Shown: in pieces, positions 11,388-24,248 of the stretch | Layout: every line of letters begins with the position of its first letter | How positions within the stretch are numbered: position 1 is the stretch's first letter | From: Octopus bimaculoides | Taxonomy: Eukaryota | Direction: 5' to 3' | Assembly (NCBI RefSeq): GCF_001194135.2 | Contig: NC_068993.1 | Span: 16,254,300 to 16,293,662 of the forward strand | DNA: 39,363 bases | Notes under the pieces: generated by a model | Told to the model about the DNA's origin: nothing | The model's database searches: none | Seen by the model: the letters and a program-made list of their open reading frames with translations, nothing else | Program-made: the position numbers and the translations under genes

Positions 11388-11825
11388 TAACGATTATGAT
11401 GATTAGAGTGGAGGTGAAGATTATTGTTTGAGTTAAAAATACTTCCTTGCAATTATTGATATTTTACAATCGTGGTGGTCGTGGTGGTGGTGATGATGGT
11501 AGCGATGGCGGCGGCGGTGTTNNNNNNNNNNNNNNNNNNNNNNNNNNNNNNNNNNNNNNNNNNNNNNNNNNNNNNNNNNNNNNNNNNNNNNNNNNNNNNN
11601 NNNNNNNNNNNNNNNNNNNNNNNNNNNNNNNNNNNNNNNNNNNNNNNNNNNNNNNNNNNNNNNNNNNNNNNNNNNNNNNNNNNNNNNNNNNNNNNNNNNN
11701 NNNNNNNNNNNNNNNNNNNNNNNNNNNNNNNNNNNNNNNNNNNNNNNNNNNNNNNNNNNNNNNNNNNNNNNNNNNNNNNNNNNNNNNNNNNNNGGGCGGC
11801 GGCGGTGGTGGTGGTGGTGATGGTG
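9100..11825. repeat. Compound trinucleotide microsatellite field of about 2.7 kb
   Basis: Successive (TAT), (TAC), (CAT), (GTT), (AGT/AGC), degenerate (GAC/AAC), (CAT/CGT), (GAT) and (GGT/GGC) tracts. These account for all the homopolymer-peptide ORFs here. Confidence 0.95.
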
Positions 11826-12246
11826 GTATTGGGGAATTGTTTTTAAATATCTTACTTGCTCCCTTTATTGTTGTTGTTTTATATTGTTTAGTTTTCATCA
11901 TTCCTGTTCAAACAACAGGCTGATTTTTTTTTTTATCTTTCATCCTTACAAAATCAATACAATCAGTACCAGTCAGCTGCTGGGATCGATTAGATCGATT
12001 ATATGCCTTCTCTAAAATCCGTGACCTATATTTGAAATCATTAAGTCGGTGTTTTTGGCAGAAACGTTACAGCATCGGACAAAATGCCTTGCACAATTTA
12101 TTTCGTTTGGTTTGGCAATTCACAGAAGAAAAAAAAAGCTATAACGATATTGGCTAGAATACTGCTATGTCTAGCGGGTGAGTATCCATTACTAAAGATG
12201 ATCTAATAAGATCGAAATCACGTGATATGGCAGTCACATGATAAGT

Positions 12247-12410
12247 CGATTAAATCGACGCCAGTGCTAAGCTGGTACTTATTTTATCGACCTCCGAAAG
12301 GATGAAAGGCAAAGTCGACCTCAGCGGAATATGAACTGAGACCGTAGAAATGGACGAAATGCCGCTAAATATTTTCGCCAGCGCGGGAACGATTCTGTCA
12401 GGTCGCCATC
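12247..12410 (-). mobile_element. tRNA-derived SINE, family B
   Basis: Reverse complement of the 27982-28183 copy (GGTACTTATTTTATCGAC...GGATGAAAGGCAAAGTCGACCTC...GAACT). A short same-family head fragment lies on the plus strand at about 12056-12095. Confidence 0.85.
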
Positions 12411-12534
12411 TTAAAAAGTGTGTCATGTTACCACCAAACAGTGTACATTGTAATCGATATGGCATGCATATCTGGCACTTGAGTAAAAAGAAAGGAAATA
12501 GATGTAGAGTAAGGGTTCTCAACGTTGGTCCATA

Positions 12535-12752
12535 CTCTTTTATTCTTTTACTCTTTTACTTGTTTCAGTCATTCGACTGCGGCTATGCTGGAGCACCGCC
12601 TTTATAGTCGAGCAAATCGACCCCAAGACTTATTCTTTGTAAGCCTAGTACTTATTCTATCGGTCTCTTTTGACAAACCACTAAGTTACGGGGACGTAAA
12701 CACACCAGCATTGGTTGTCAAGTGATGGTGGGGGGACAAAAAGGACACACAA

Positions 12753-12783
<31 letters not shown>

Positions 12784-12948
12784 CATATATACGACGGGCT
12801 TCTTTCAGTTTCCGTCTACCAAATCCACTCACAAGGCTTTGGTCGGCCCGAGGCTGTAGTAGAAGACACTTTCCCAAGGTGCCACGCAGTGGGACTGAAC
12901 CTGGAACCATGTGGTTGGTAAGCAAGCTACTTACCACACAGCCACTCG
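12535..12948 (-). mobile_element. tRNA-derived SINE, family A (full length)
   Basis: Reverse-complement homolog of 1101-1520, including the head (GGGACTGAACC = B box, ACCACACAGCCA = A box) and an internal (CA)n/(TA)n. Confidence 0.9.
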
Positions 12949-13212
12949 TTAAAATTTATGCGCAATAAGTAGGTTATACTTCTACAATATTTAAACAGGA
13001 GTCGTGGGTTTCTTTCTCACTGGATACTCACGCTTTTCATCAGATGTGAGGTGTTGTATAAGTTTATTGTTCGTTTAGTAAGCTCCGAAATTCTTACATT
13101 CTCTCGATTTCTTGTACTTCAGACCATTAGATGGTCCAAACAGACAAAATGGAAAAAGCGTTGCCCGGGAGGGTGGGGAAAGAGATACACTGGCAAAATC
13201 ACTCTGACTTAC

Positions 13213-13351
13213 GGGGCTGGCACTTGTGGATAGCCGTTTCCGGTCCGATAGCGGTGATCAGAGATATGACCCGGGGGCTGAGAACGCCGGAGTTCTCCAC
13301 TGCCACAGGCTCGACCATAAGCCTGTCAGAGAGCGACCGATACTTCGACAT
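13213..13351 (-). CDS. Candidate host coding exon (MSKYRSLSDRLMVEPVAVENSGVLSPRVISLITAIGPETAIHKCQP), product unknown
   Basis: A GC-richer non-repetitive island. ATG at 13351 follows an in-frame TAA, there are 46 open codons, and a GTAAGT donor follows (13212-13207, phase 1). No homolog recognised. A plus-strand acceptor at 13122 is an alternative reading. Confidence 0.3.
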
Positions 13352-14891
13352 TTAAATACACCAAATATTTTAACACAATTCCAAATGATTATAAAAATAT
13401 AATTGGATTTTTTTAACATCGAATGTTTCTGAAGGTCCATCCGAGTAAAATAGGAATCAAGGGTTCCACAAGCAAAAAAGAGGTTGAGAACCACTGATAG
13501 AGTATTACACCGACTTGAAGTATGAGATCCTCATGTGTTGGAAGAAGGGCAGTTAAGAAGGTCATGTCACTGTAAATAATCATGGAAGCTGTGTTTAAAC
13601 TATACAAATACAAACCTTGAAAACTTGTTCTTCACCTGCAAATAGATGTGTGCAAAACATGTCTCCTAGGTTTAGCAATATGAAATCTTCAAATGCTGGA
13701 ACATCGTAGTTTAATAAGGTCATGTTACTGACGTATATTTTTAGAACCTGTGAACTTTAAGCAATACTTAAAGAATACGTGTGTGTTCCTATAAGTAACA
13801 CAATATTTTTATATGTTTTATATTGAAGACACTATCGAATAGATGCTTCTCACCGTAAAATATATACGGGTCTGTGTGTTTGTAATGGAGTGTGCAGGTC
13901 CGGGTGTGGCTGTGACGTCTGAGTGTGCATCTCTGGGTAGCAGCGTGTTCGTGTGCGCGCTTGTGTATACGAGTGCTTAAATGTTGGATTATTTGCGGCT
14001 TGAAACATTCTGCATTTGATTACGATATGAAAGATTTGAAAACTGTGATATTTATTGAATGATTGAGGAAAGAGAAATGAAGTGGCGATAGAGGAAAACT
14101 GCGCAGAGAGGAGAATGGAGAAGCATTGAGTGGAATGAAGGAGCGAGGTGGCGAGGGGGAGGGACTGACAAGTTGGTGAAGCAGTATTGTGAGTCGCGAT
14201 CTTCCGTTGTTGCCGTTTATCATAACGTATTTAAGTTGATGGTTCCGGTCCTTCTCATTCTTGTACCTCAGTGTTGTTGTCTGTTTCCGGTGCTTTTGCC
14301 TAACCAGACAGACAGACAGACAGAAATTAGATAGCAAGTTAGATTATATATAAATGTGTGNNNNNNNNNNNNNNNNNNNNNNNNNNNNNNNNNNNNNNNN
14401 NNNNNNNNNNNNNNNNNNNNNNNNNNNNNNNNNNNNNNNNNNNNNNNNNNNNNNNNNNNNNNNNNNNNNNNNNNNNNNNNNNNNNNNNNNNNNNNNNNNN
14501 NNNNNNNNNNNNNNNNNNNNNNNNNNNNNNNNNNNNNNNNNNNNNNNNNNNNNNNNNNNNNNNNNNNNNNNNNNNNNNNNNNNNNNNNNNNNNNNNNNNN
14601 NNNNNNNNNNNNNNNNNNNNNNNNNNNNNNNNNNNNNNNNNNNNNNNNNNNNNNNNNNNNNNNNNNNNNNNNNNNNNNNNNNNNNNNNNNNNNNNNNNNN
14701 NNNNNNNNNNNNNNNNNNNNNNNNNNNNNNNNNNNNNNNNNNNNNNNNNNNNNNNNNNNNNNNNNNNNNNNNNNNNNNNNNNNNNNNNNNNNNNNNNNNN
14801 NNNNNNNNNNNNNNNNNNNNNNNNNNNNNNNNNNNNNNNNNNNNNNNNNNNNNNNNNNNNNNNNNNNNNNNNNNNNGTGTGTGTGTGTGTG

Positions 14892-14929
<38 letters not shown>

Positions 14930-15598
14930 CAAATAAGTAGTTTTGTAGTTAAGACGGTAGCGCGTGTGATTTGAAACATAAATTTGGTTACTATTTTTTC
15001 CAGGTCAAATGACTGCGCAGAGGCTCTCACGCTTAGCCCTACAATTGAGGTGTTGTAGCAGCTGCCGTTATGCTTTAGTATAGATGAGATCCTACGTTTA
15101 AAGACATTCTAATCATAACCATTTCGATAATCCAGTATAACATTATAACGTATACTTTAAGACCCTTTAGTATGCTATTTCTAAGATGCTGCTCAACCAG
15201 ATTGAGGTTCCCACACTGATTCGAGCTTTTCAATGCTAGAAGTCTATGATACAACGGTAACCGTCGGCTCATCTCGGTGAATTTTAAATGTTTCTCAGCA
15301 TATGTAATATAAATTTGTTCTTGTTGCTGTTATGCGAGAAGTTTTTTCTTTGTGCTTTGTAGAGGTAAAAAGTTAACTTGATAAAGACCGTATCAAAGGA
15401 GCCCCTGGTATATTTTGCCACTACTGTCTATTACAGATCTAATCGCATTAATGAAATGTTAAATTTAGACTGAGTTCCTACAGAAACTGTTGATCTAGGC
15501 AAGCTGGTGAAATCTGGTCTGTCCACTTAATTATTTTAACACACACACTCATACACACACACCACACCACATATACACATACCTCTTTCTCTCTCTCT

Positions 15599-15639
<41 letters not shown>

Positions 15640-16494
15640 CATATACATACACATAATCATACATATATATATATATTTACTTATATATAAGTGTGTGTAT
15701 GTGTGTGTGTGTCTGTGTGTGTGTCTGTGTGTGTGTCTGTGTGTGTGTCTGTGTGTGTGTGAGTGTGTATCTAACGCTTCGTCTCTGGACATTATGGAAC
15801 CTTTTAACGTTAACGATCTTGATTCTCAACTGCGATGCATTTGATGCATTTGATGCATTTGCTTTCAATGCGATTTAAACTCGTTGATAAATGTACGAAG
15901 ATTTCGTATTAGCAGTTAGGGCCAATTCGAAATGCTTAATCCAATTAATCTTTATAATCAGACATCATCTAGAAGTTGATGTAAATGTTACGTTTCGTCT
16001 GTTAGTTACTTTCGCCTAAAAGCTGAGAAAAGAACTTCCTCCTTTTCTTCTAGGTCTTCAGTTTCGAATTTAACATATTTTGGAAGAATTTAACAGTACC
16101 TTATCATAAGATTTCAGACTTGTCAAAAATGTGCTCTTTGTTGTATGCCTCCCGTGTTCAGATTTCAAATCGTCATTGCTCCCGATCATATCATTCACAT
16201 CAGTATTGCTGCAAACTGGTTGTACATACGCCGGCACAGTTATAGATACCTTATGGTTTATATCCCAGGAAGACACGAAAAGAGAACCAGACACTTCCTA
16301 TTACTGTCAATAGCTAAAAGTCACGGAATAACAATGCTCAAAATATTTTGTCTGTCAAATATTTATTATCTGATATAAAGCACCCTTTTTCTAACTATTT
16401 GAATACGTTAAGTTACCGTTCACATGGGTAACTGCACCGAGCATTAAATAACTAAATGGAAGGAATCATGTGGTTAGGAATAAAAACATTATCA

Positions 16495-16800
16495 GCTCTT
16501 TTCATCCACCATTTATCTTTTGTTTTAGTCACTGGACTGTGGTCGTCATGCTTGGACAGTCCCTGAAGGGGTTTAAACCGAACAAATCGACCCAAGGACG
16601 TATTTTTAACATTGGTGCTAATTATATCGGTCTTTTTCACCAAATCACTATTTGAGGAGACCTACACAAACCGACACCTGTTGTCATGTGGTGGGTGGGG
16701 ACAAACATAGACACAAACAGGCGCTCAAAAACATAGACACAAACAGGCGTTCACAAACATAGACACAAACAGGCGTTCACAAACATAGACACACACTCAC
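16495..16800 (-). mobile_element. Diverged 3' half of a family A SINE ending in a 26-bp minisatellite
   Basis: TTTTAGTCA..GACTGTGG, AAATCGACCCAAGGAC and GTTGTCA..TGGTGG..GGACAAAC match family A. Unit ACAAACATAGACACAAACAGGCGTTC occurs about 3.6 times from 16701. Confidence 0.7.
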
Positions 16801-17239
16801 GTATATATGGATATGTGCGTATAAGATATATATATATATAATTTTTGGAATTGACTTTAACCCAATATTTACGTGCTATTATTTGTAACTTTATATGTAC
16901 TTATAGAACCAATTGCAAAATGAATTACTTCATGATTTCTCAAAACTCTATAGATTATCATGATCCTTTAGCAAAGAATCATATATATATNNNNNNNNNN
17001 NNNNNNNNNNNNNNNNNNNNNNNNNNNNNNNNNNNNNNNNNNNNNNNNNNNNNNNNNNNNNNNNNNNNNNNNNNNNNNNNNNNNNNNNNNNNNNNNNNNN
17101 NNNNNNNNNNNNNNACAAACATAGACACAAACAGGCGTTCACAAACATAGACACACACTCACGTATATATGGATATGTGCGTATAAGATATATATATATA
17201 TATGAAGTAAAGAGTAAAAGTGTTGTTGGCAATGGGAAA

Positions 17240-17621
17240 GCTTGCTCTAAACAACAACGGTCAAACTTAGCTGTGCTTAAGGACAATAACCATCGTAATG
17301 GTACATGGCTATTTGTACATATCTGCACCCAAGGAGAATATTTACATTTGCAAATATGATTAATAACAGCAGAAATGTGATTTACTGTATGAAATGCCCG
17401 AATTGTGGTGAAAGGTATATCGAGCAGACGGGAAATTCATTATCAGAATACATGTGAGTACACAATCAGCAAATTAGGTGCCCCAATGTCAAACAGTCTC
17501 CATCAAGTGCTAGTTGGAATCATGCTGTAAGAAAGATGTTTTAATATTTCCGTTTTATAAAATTTATGAAACAAATGAAGCTAAAAGAAAAGCGAAAGGA
17601 AAAATTCTTGAGAAGGTATAA
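17240..17621 (+). pseudogene. Penelope-like element GIY-YIG endonuclease remnant
   Basis: NVIYCMKCPNCGERYIEQTGNSLSEYM*VHNQQIR from 17374 (xIY..CxxC..YI(G>E)QT..L..R..H), followed after a frameshift by LIFPFYKIYETNEAKRKAK. Contains stops and frameshifts. Confidence 0.78.
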
Positions 17622-17904
17622 TCAGGGACATTTACATTAATGAGAAATTAATTTGGTTTCAAAATTAAATTCACTGAAATCTTCTGCAATTCTGTAAGGA
17701 TTCTGGTGATTATTCCCCTTTAAATGACCTATAAACCTAGCTATAGCTAATGTTTCTATGTAAATAATCACTTTTACTTGAAGCTGTTGAATAAAAAAAA
17801 TGATAGTATTTGCAAGAATACAAAATTAAACGTGTAAACCCGGTGATGTTGGAATTGGATTCACCAATATATTATCTCTGCACAATATTACAAACTTTAG
17901 TCTA

Positions 17905-19140
<1,236 letters not shown>

Positions 19141-19550
19141 ACACACAGAAGGACGCAATAGCAAAGAGCACAGACATTTATTTGAATAAATAGATAAGTA
19201 AACTGGTATATTAATAGAATGTATGTAAGCTTTCTCATACATGCATATATAAATACATACATGTCTGCACATACATGCTTGTAATGAAGATGTTTGAACC
19301 ATATACATACATATACACACTTGTATGCGTATGTGAAAGTGCATACAGTCACGCCAAGCACACAGGTATGCATATATATATGCATACATATATGCATACA
19401 TTCAAATACATGTACACGTTAAATACATACACGTTAAATATATATACGTTAAATAATCTAGAAGATCATGTATGAACACAAACATGCATGCATACCCATA
19501 CACACGCACACATAGAACTTGAAGACTTACACATACGCATATGTTTTTAC

Positions 19551-19584
<34 letters not shown>

Positions 19585-19738
19585 AAACACACACACAAGC
19601 ACACATAAAAACACACAAGAACACGACTGTCTATATTATGGAAGTCACATGTATATGAAGAAATGACACATAGAAGCACCTCGGGATATGTACATGCATA
19701 CATACATACACATATATATTTGTGTGTGTATGTGTATG

Positions 19739-19829
<91 letters not shown>

Positions 19830-20194
19830 ATAGATATGCGTAAAAGGATATAAGGAAGAAACATTTTAAATAACTAAAACTGCTGCAATAAAGTTACGAA
19901 GATATTTAAATGTGATAAAAATCCACGCCCAAAGATATACATATAAAATGCATACAAACACACACATATATATATACATATATATTTATATATATATGCA
20001 CTTATACATATATGTCTATGGTGTATGAAATAGGAAAGATCTACAAAAGCAGTGTTAGGATGTGAGTCCTGAATGACTACAGAATATATAGAATAAGATA
20101 TAAACACACGTATTCTCGTACTATGGAGTGTCTCTGCGAGTCAATGCTGAGCATGCGTCTGCTCACAAATGTGCGCAGCTCATTTATTCTACAT

Positions 20195-20610
20195 CTTTTA
20201 TCCTTTACTTGTTTCGGTCATTGAACAGCAACCATGATGGGTTATCGCCTAGTCGAAAAAAATCGACCTTTAGTACTTTCTTTTTTTTTTAGTCTAGTAC
20301 TTATTCTACTGATCTCTTTTACAGTGAGGGAGGCCGGTGCTCAGTGATGCCGTCGAGGAGGGCCGGTGCGCATTGATGCCGTGCGCATTCTCTCCTGATG
20401 GCCTCATACACTTGCTGGCTTCCGGTATGCAGACCTCTCGACTGGTAGCACTTGCATGTGCAAGTTGTTTGCAAAGCATGTGTGTGGGGAGTGTATGGAT
20501 GTACGACGGGCTTCCACTCACAGCGTGAGACTATACTAGATGACACTTGCCTAAGATGCCGCGCAGTGGGACTGAACCCGAAACGTCGTGGTTACAAAAC
20601 GGGCATGTAG
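20195..20610 (-). mobile_element. Family A SINE with its middle replaced by about 178 bp of unrelated GC-rich sequence
   Basis: 20195-20322 matches the SINE 3' part and 20502-20610 matches the head (ACGACGGGCTT, GCAGTGGGACTGAACCC). 20323-20500 does not match the other copies. Confidence 0.65.
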
Positions 20611-21204
20611 CCCCAGTATATTCATGTCTGTAACGCCCTTAATCATGTTTCTCCGACCAGGTTTGTCATGGGGCTAACCAACAGCAACAACTAAAATTCC
20701 TATGAGAATCCTATCCCATAATTTCATAAGGATCTACGATTGCATCCTCCGACGATGAGGTGTGATCTTCAGTATATATAGCTGCTATTTCTAACAAATT
20801 GAGTGACCACATAAAAGGTCTCACTCTTGGTGTTTCGTCATTGCCACACTGTTGAATTATTTGGTCCTGTGTTCACTACTATTTCGGCTATCTTAACGTC
20901 CTTTTAACGTATACATATTTATATGCATATCCATACGCACATGCATGTAGTGATACATGCATTTATTCATAAATGCACGCATGCGTAGACAAATATTTCT
21001 TTCAAGATCTTTAATGGAGGTGAAATCTTGAGATTTATCTTGAATAGATTTCACTTCAAAGAATCTCAATTGATTAATCTCGACAAGTGGAAACTCTCAA
21101 CAGTTTCCCCTGAAGAGTTCTAGTTATGGAGATCAGGGGACAGACAGTTGGAGATATTTAATGGTTAGGTAGACAGGCATGTTGGTAGATGGTTAGATAG
21201 ATAC

Positions 21205-21263
<59 letters not shown>

Positions 21264-22194
21264 NNNNNNNNNNNNNNNNNNNNNNNNNNNNNNNNNNNNN
21301 NNNNNNNNNNNNNNNNNNNNNNNNNNNNNNNNNNNNNNNNNNNNNNNNNNNNNNNNNNNNNNNNNNNNNNNNNNNNNNNNNNNNNNNNNNNNNNNNNNNN
21401 NNNNNNNNNNNNNNNNNNNNNNNNNNNNNNNNNNNNNNNNNNNNNNNNNNNNNNNNNNNNNNNNNNNNNNNNNNNNNNNNNNNNNNNNNNNNNNNNNNNN
21501 NNNNNNNNNNNNNNNNNNNNNNNNNNNNNNNNNNNNNNNNNNNNNNNNNNNNNNNNNNNNNNNNNNNNNNNNNNNNNNNNNNNNNNNNNNNNNNNNNNNN
21601 NNNNNNNNNNNNNNNNNNNNNNNNNNNNNNNNNNNNNNNNNNNNNNNNNNNNNNNNNNNNNNNNNNNNNNNNNNNNNNNNNNNNNNNNNNNNNNNNNNNN
21701 NNNNNNNNNNNNNNNNNNNNNNNNNNNNNNNNNNNNNNNNNNNNNNNNNNNNNNNNNNNNNNNNNNNNNNNNNNNNNNNNNNNNNNNNNNNNNNNNNNNN
21801 NNNNNNNNNNNNNNNNNNNNNNNNNNNNNNNNNNNNNNNNNNNNNNNNNNNNNNNNNNNNNNNNNNNNNNNNNNNNNNNNNNNNNNNNNNNNNNNNNNNN
21901 NNNNNNNNNNNNNNNNNNNNNNNNNNNNNNNNNNNNNNNNNNNNNNNNNNNNNNNCTACTGGAATATCGTATTGATGAAGGAAATTGAGTATTTATCACT
22001 CATAATCCAGAAACGCGTCTACGATTAACTTCGGAATGGTTAGTTTTCATTGTTTTTTTTCTTCTTGTTTTTGCCTTTGTGAGTTACAAGTAATGCTATC
22101 TGTTGGAGTCTCAGTTTTTTTAGCTGCTATTTCTGAACTTCGGTATGTGGTGAAGCAAATATTTGCTGATCCCTTAATTATGTTTATAAATGTT

Positions 22195-22214
22195 TAGCTA
22201 GCTAGCTAGCTAGC

Positions 22215-22280
<66 letters not shown>

Positions 22281-22517
22281 TGTAACGAAAGGTACATATG
22301 TAAACGAATAAATTTACAATGTGTAAGAAGATCTGAATGTAAATCAATAACTACCTGTTCGATTAATTAATTGATTTTTGTTATGGTTTCGGTGATTAGT
22401 AGTTGGAGTGATGGAGTAATTAGAGAGTAAATGAGGGAGGGATGAATCGAGTGAGTGAGTGAGTGAGTGAGTGAGTGAGTGAGTGAGTGAGTGAGTGAGT
22501 GAGTGAGTGAGTGAGTG
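22195..22517. repeat. (GCTA)n to (GATA)n tract (22195-22281) and (GAGT)n tract (22449-22515)
   Basis: Read directly from the sequence. Confidence 0.93.
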
Positions 22518-22772
22518 TGGGTGTGCAGATGAAGGTGTGTGGTGTGGGATCTGGGAAGTAGTCAGTGCTGGTGTGTGTGGAACGGTGTGGGGTGGTGTGA
22601 TGTGGTGTGGCATATGCACGCATATAAAGTGACAAGGGGTGCGAATAGAGATGATATGACTGATGAGGCATAAATACGTACGTTCATATACAGTTTAGAT
22701 TTCCGTCAATGTAAGATCATCATAAAAAAGATCTTATTGTCTGGGTGGAGCACATTTGTATGAATTTATGTA

Positions 22773-23452
22773 CACAGACATGCAAGAAGTAAATAGACAC
22801 CTTAAATTTTCAAAATCATTTATTTAATACGTAAAACGAACAATTGAAATATAATCGATAGGTAGGAACTACATACTTTAGTATTTAGTTGACATTCCCT
22901 TTGCAGTTTTTAATTCAGAAACTCATATTTGGCATTGAATTGATGAGCTTTGTGATTGTCTCTTGTGGAATTTCTGCCCACTTTTCACGCAATAATCGAA
23001 ACAATTCATCTTTAGATTTAGGTTTCTGTCGAGTTTTTCGTATAGCTCTATCAAGTATGCTCCAAAGATTTTCAATTGGGTTCATATCAGAAGATTGACT
23101 CGGCGGCCAGTGAAGCTTTTTGATCCCATTTTCAGTCAGCCATTGTTGATTCCTTTTTTCTGTGTGGCATGGAGCCCCATCTTCCATAAATAGAGACTCA
23201 TCTTTCGTCATGTTATCGTGTGAATACATTGGAAGTAGTCCTTGCTTAAGTATTTCGATGTATTTTTCAGTGTTTATAGTTCCAATACATTCGATCAGCT
23301 CAGCACAACCATTGCTGGTGACAGCTCCCCATACCATTACAGAGATACCGCCATGTTTCAAAATTGGTTGGAGTCGTTTCAAATCAATTATTGATTGGGA
23401 AGCCTCCAGGCCCAAACACGTCCACTATCTGAAAATAACGCAAATTTGAAAA
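22773..23452 (-). mobile_element. 5'-truncated Tc1-family DNA transposon
   Basis: Transposase remnant inside. A putative TIR (CACAGACATGCAAGAAGTAAATAGACACC) follows TA at 22771-22772. The upstream part is replaced by another repeat fragment (23453-23491) and a gap. Confidence 0.8.
22878..23450 (-). pseudogene. Tc1-like DDE transposase C-terminal half
   Basis: KHGGISVMVWG, FMEDGAPCH, WPPSQSSDMNPIENLW and L.EKWAEIP.ETITKLINSMP motifs. A 1-nt insertion hides the ending NRVSELKTAKGMSTKY* (stop at 22878-22880). Confidence 0.93.
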
Positions 23453-23799
23453 CCGGGCCCATGAGCTTGGCTAGGCTTTGAAGGGGCGACAATATATATA
23501 NNNNNNNNNNNNNNNNNNNNNNNNNNNNNNNNNNNNNNNNNNNNNNNNNNNNNNNNNNNNNNNNNATATATTTATATATATATATATATATATTTATTTA
23601 TTTATTTATGCATGTGTATTTATGTATTTATATTTATGCATGCATACGAGCGCTCGCACAAACGCACGCACACATACACACGCACGCACACACACACATA
23701 TATATATATGTATATATTTATGTATGTATGTATTTCCATATATGCGTATATACATACACATATGGAGATACACAGATAATTATGAGGTAGAATACTCAC

Positions 23800-23836
23800 C
23801 AAACAGAAGCTGTAACAGGAACAACATCACGAAGAA
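23800..23836 (-). other. Weak candidate 37-nt exon (FFVMLFLLQLLF)
   Basis: CTCAG acceptor, hydrophobic open frame and a strong G|GTGAGTAT donor. The polypyrimidine tract is poor. Confidence 0.18.
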
Positions 23837-24093
23837 CTGAGTGTATATACATTAATGTGTATATACATACATACATTCATACATACAGGCGTATGAGCAT
23901 ACAGTCTATGACGATCTAATCATTTAAACATGCATAATGTCATCCAGGACTGTAATATCAGATAGCTAACACGACAGAGTATGTATGATGTGAAGGATAT
24001 TCAGCTACTGTTTCTAGCAGATTTGCTAGTTAGACATATGGTTAGAAAAAGCAAGGTCACAGTTATATGTGTGTTGGAAAGGCTCGGAGAAAC

Positions 24094-24173
<80 letters not shown>

Positions 24174-24199
24174 TCAAAGAAAATAGAAACAAAAGAAAT

Positions 24200-24246
<47 letters not shown>

Positions 24247-24248
24247 AA
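24094..24248. repeat. (GATA)n and (GAAA)n tetranucleotide tracts
   Basis: Read directly from the sequence. Confidence 0.93.

Noticed and set aside
14020-14337. 105-aa minus-strand ORF or possible 33-nt exon
   Set aside because: It is partly low-complexity, with weak splice signals and no recognisable homology.
16070-16294. 74-aa minus-strand ORF with YVQPVC and a possible AAG|GTACTG donor
   Set aside because: The protease-like resemblance is only a few residues, the acceptor is weak, and there is no other support.
21020-21145. Small hairpins with GAAAC and CTGAAGA
   Set aside because: The motif order and stems do not fit any hammerhead topology.
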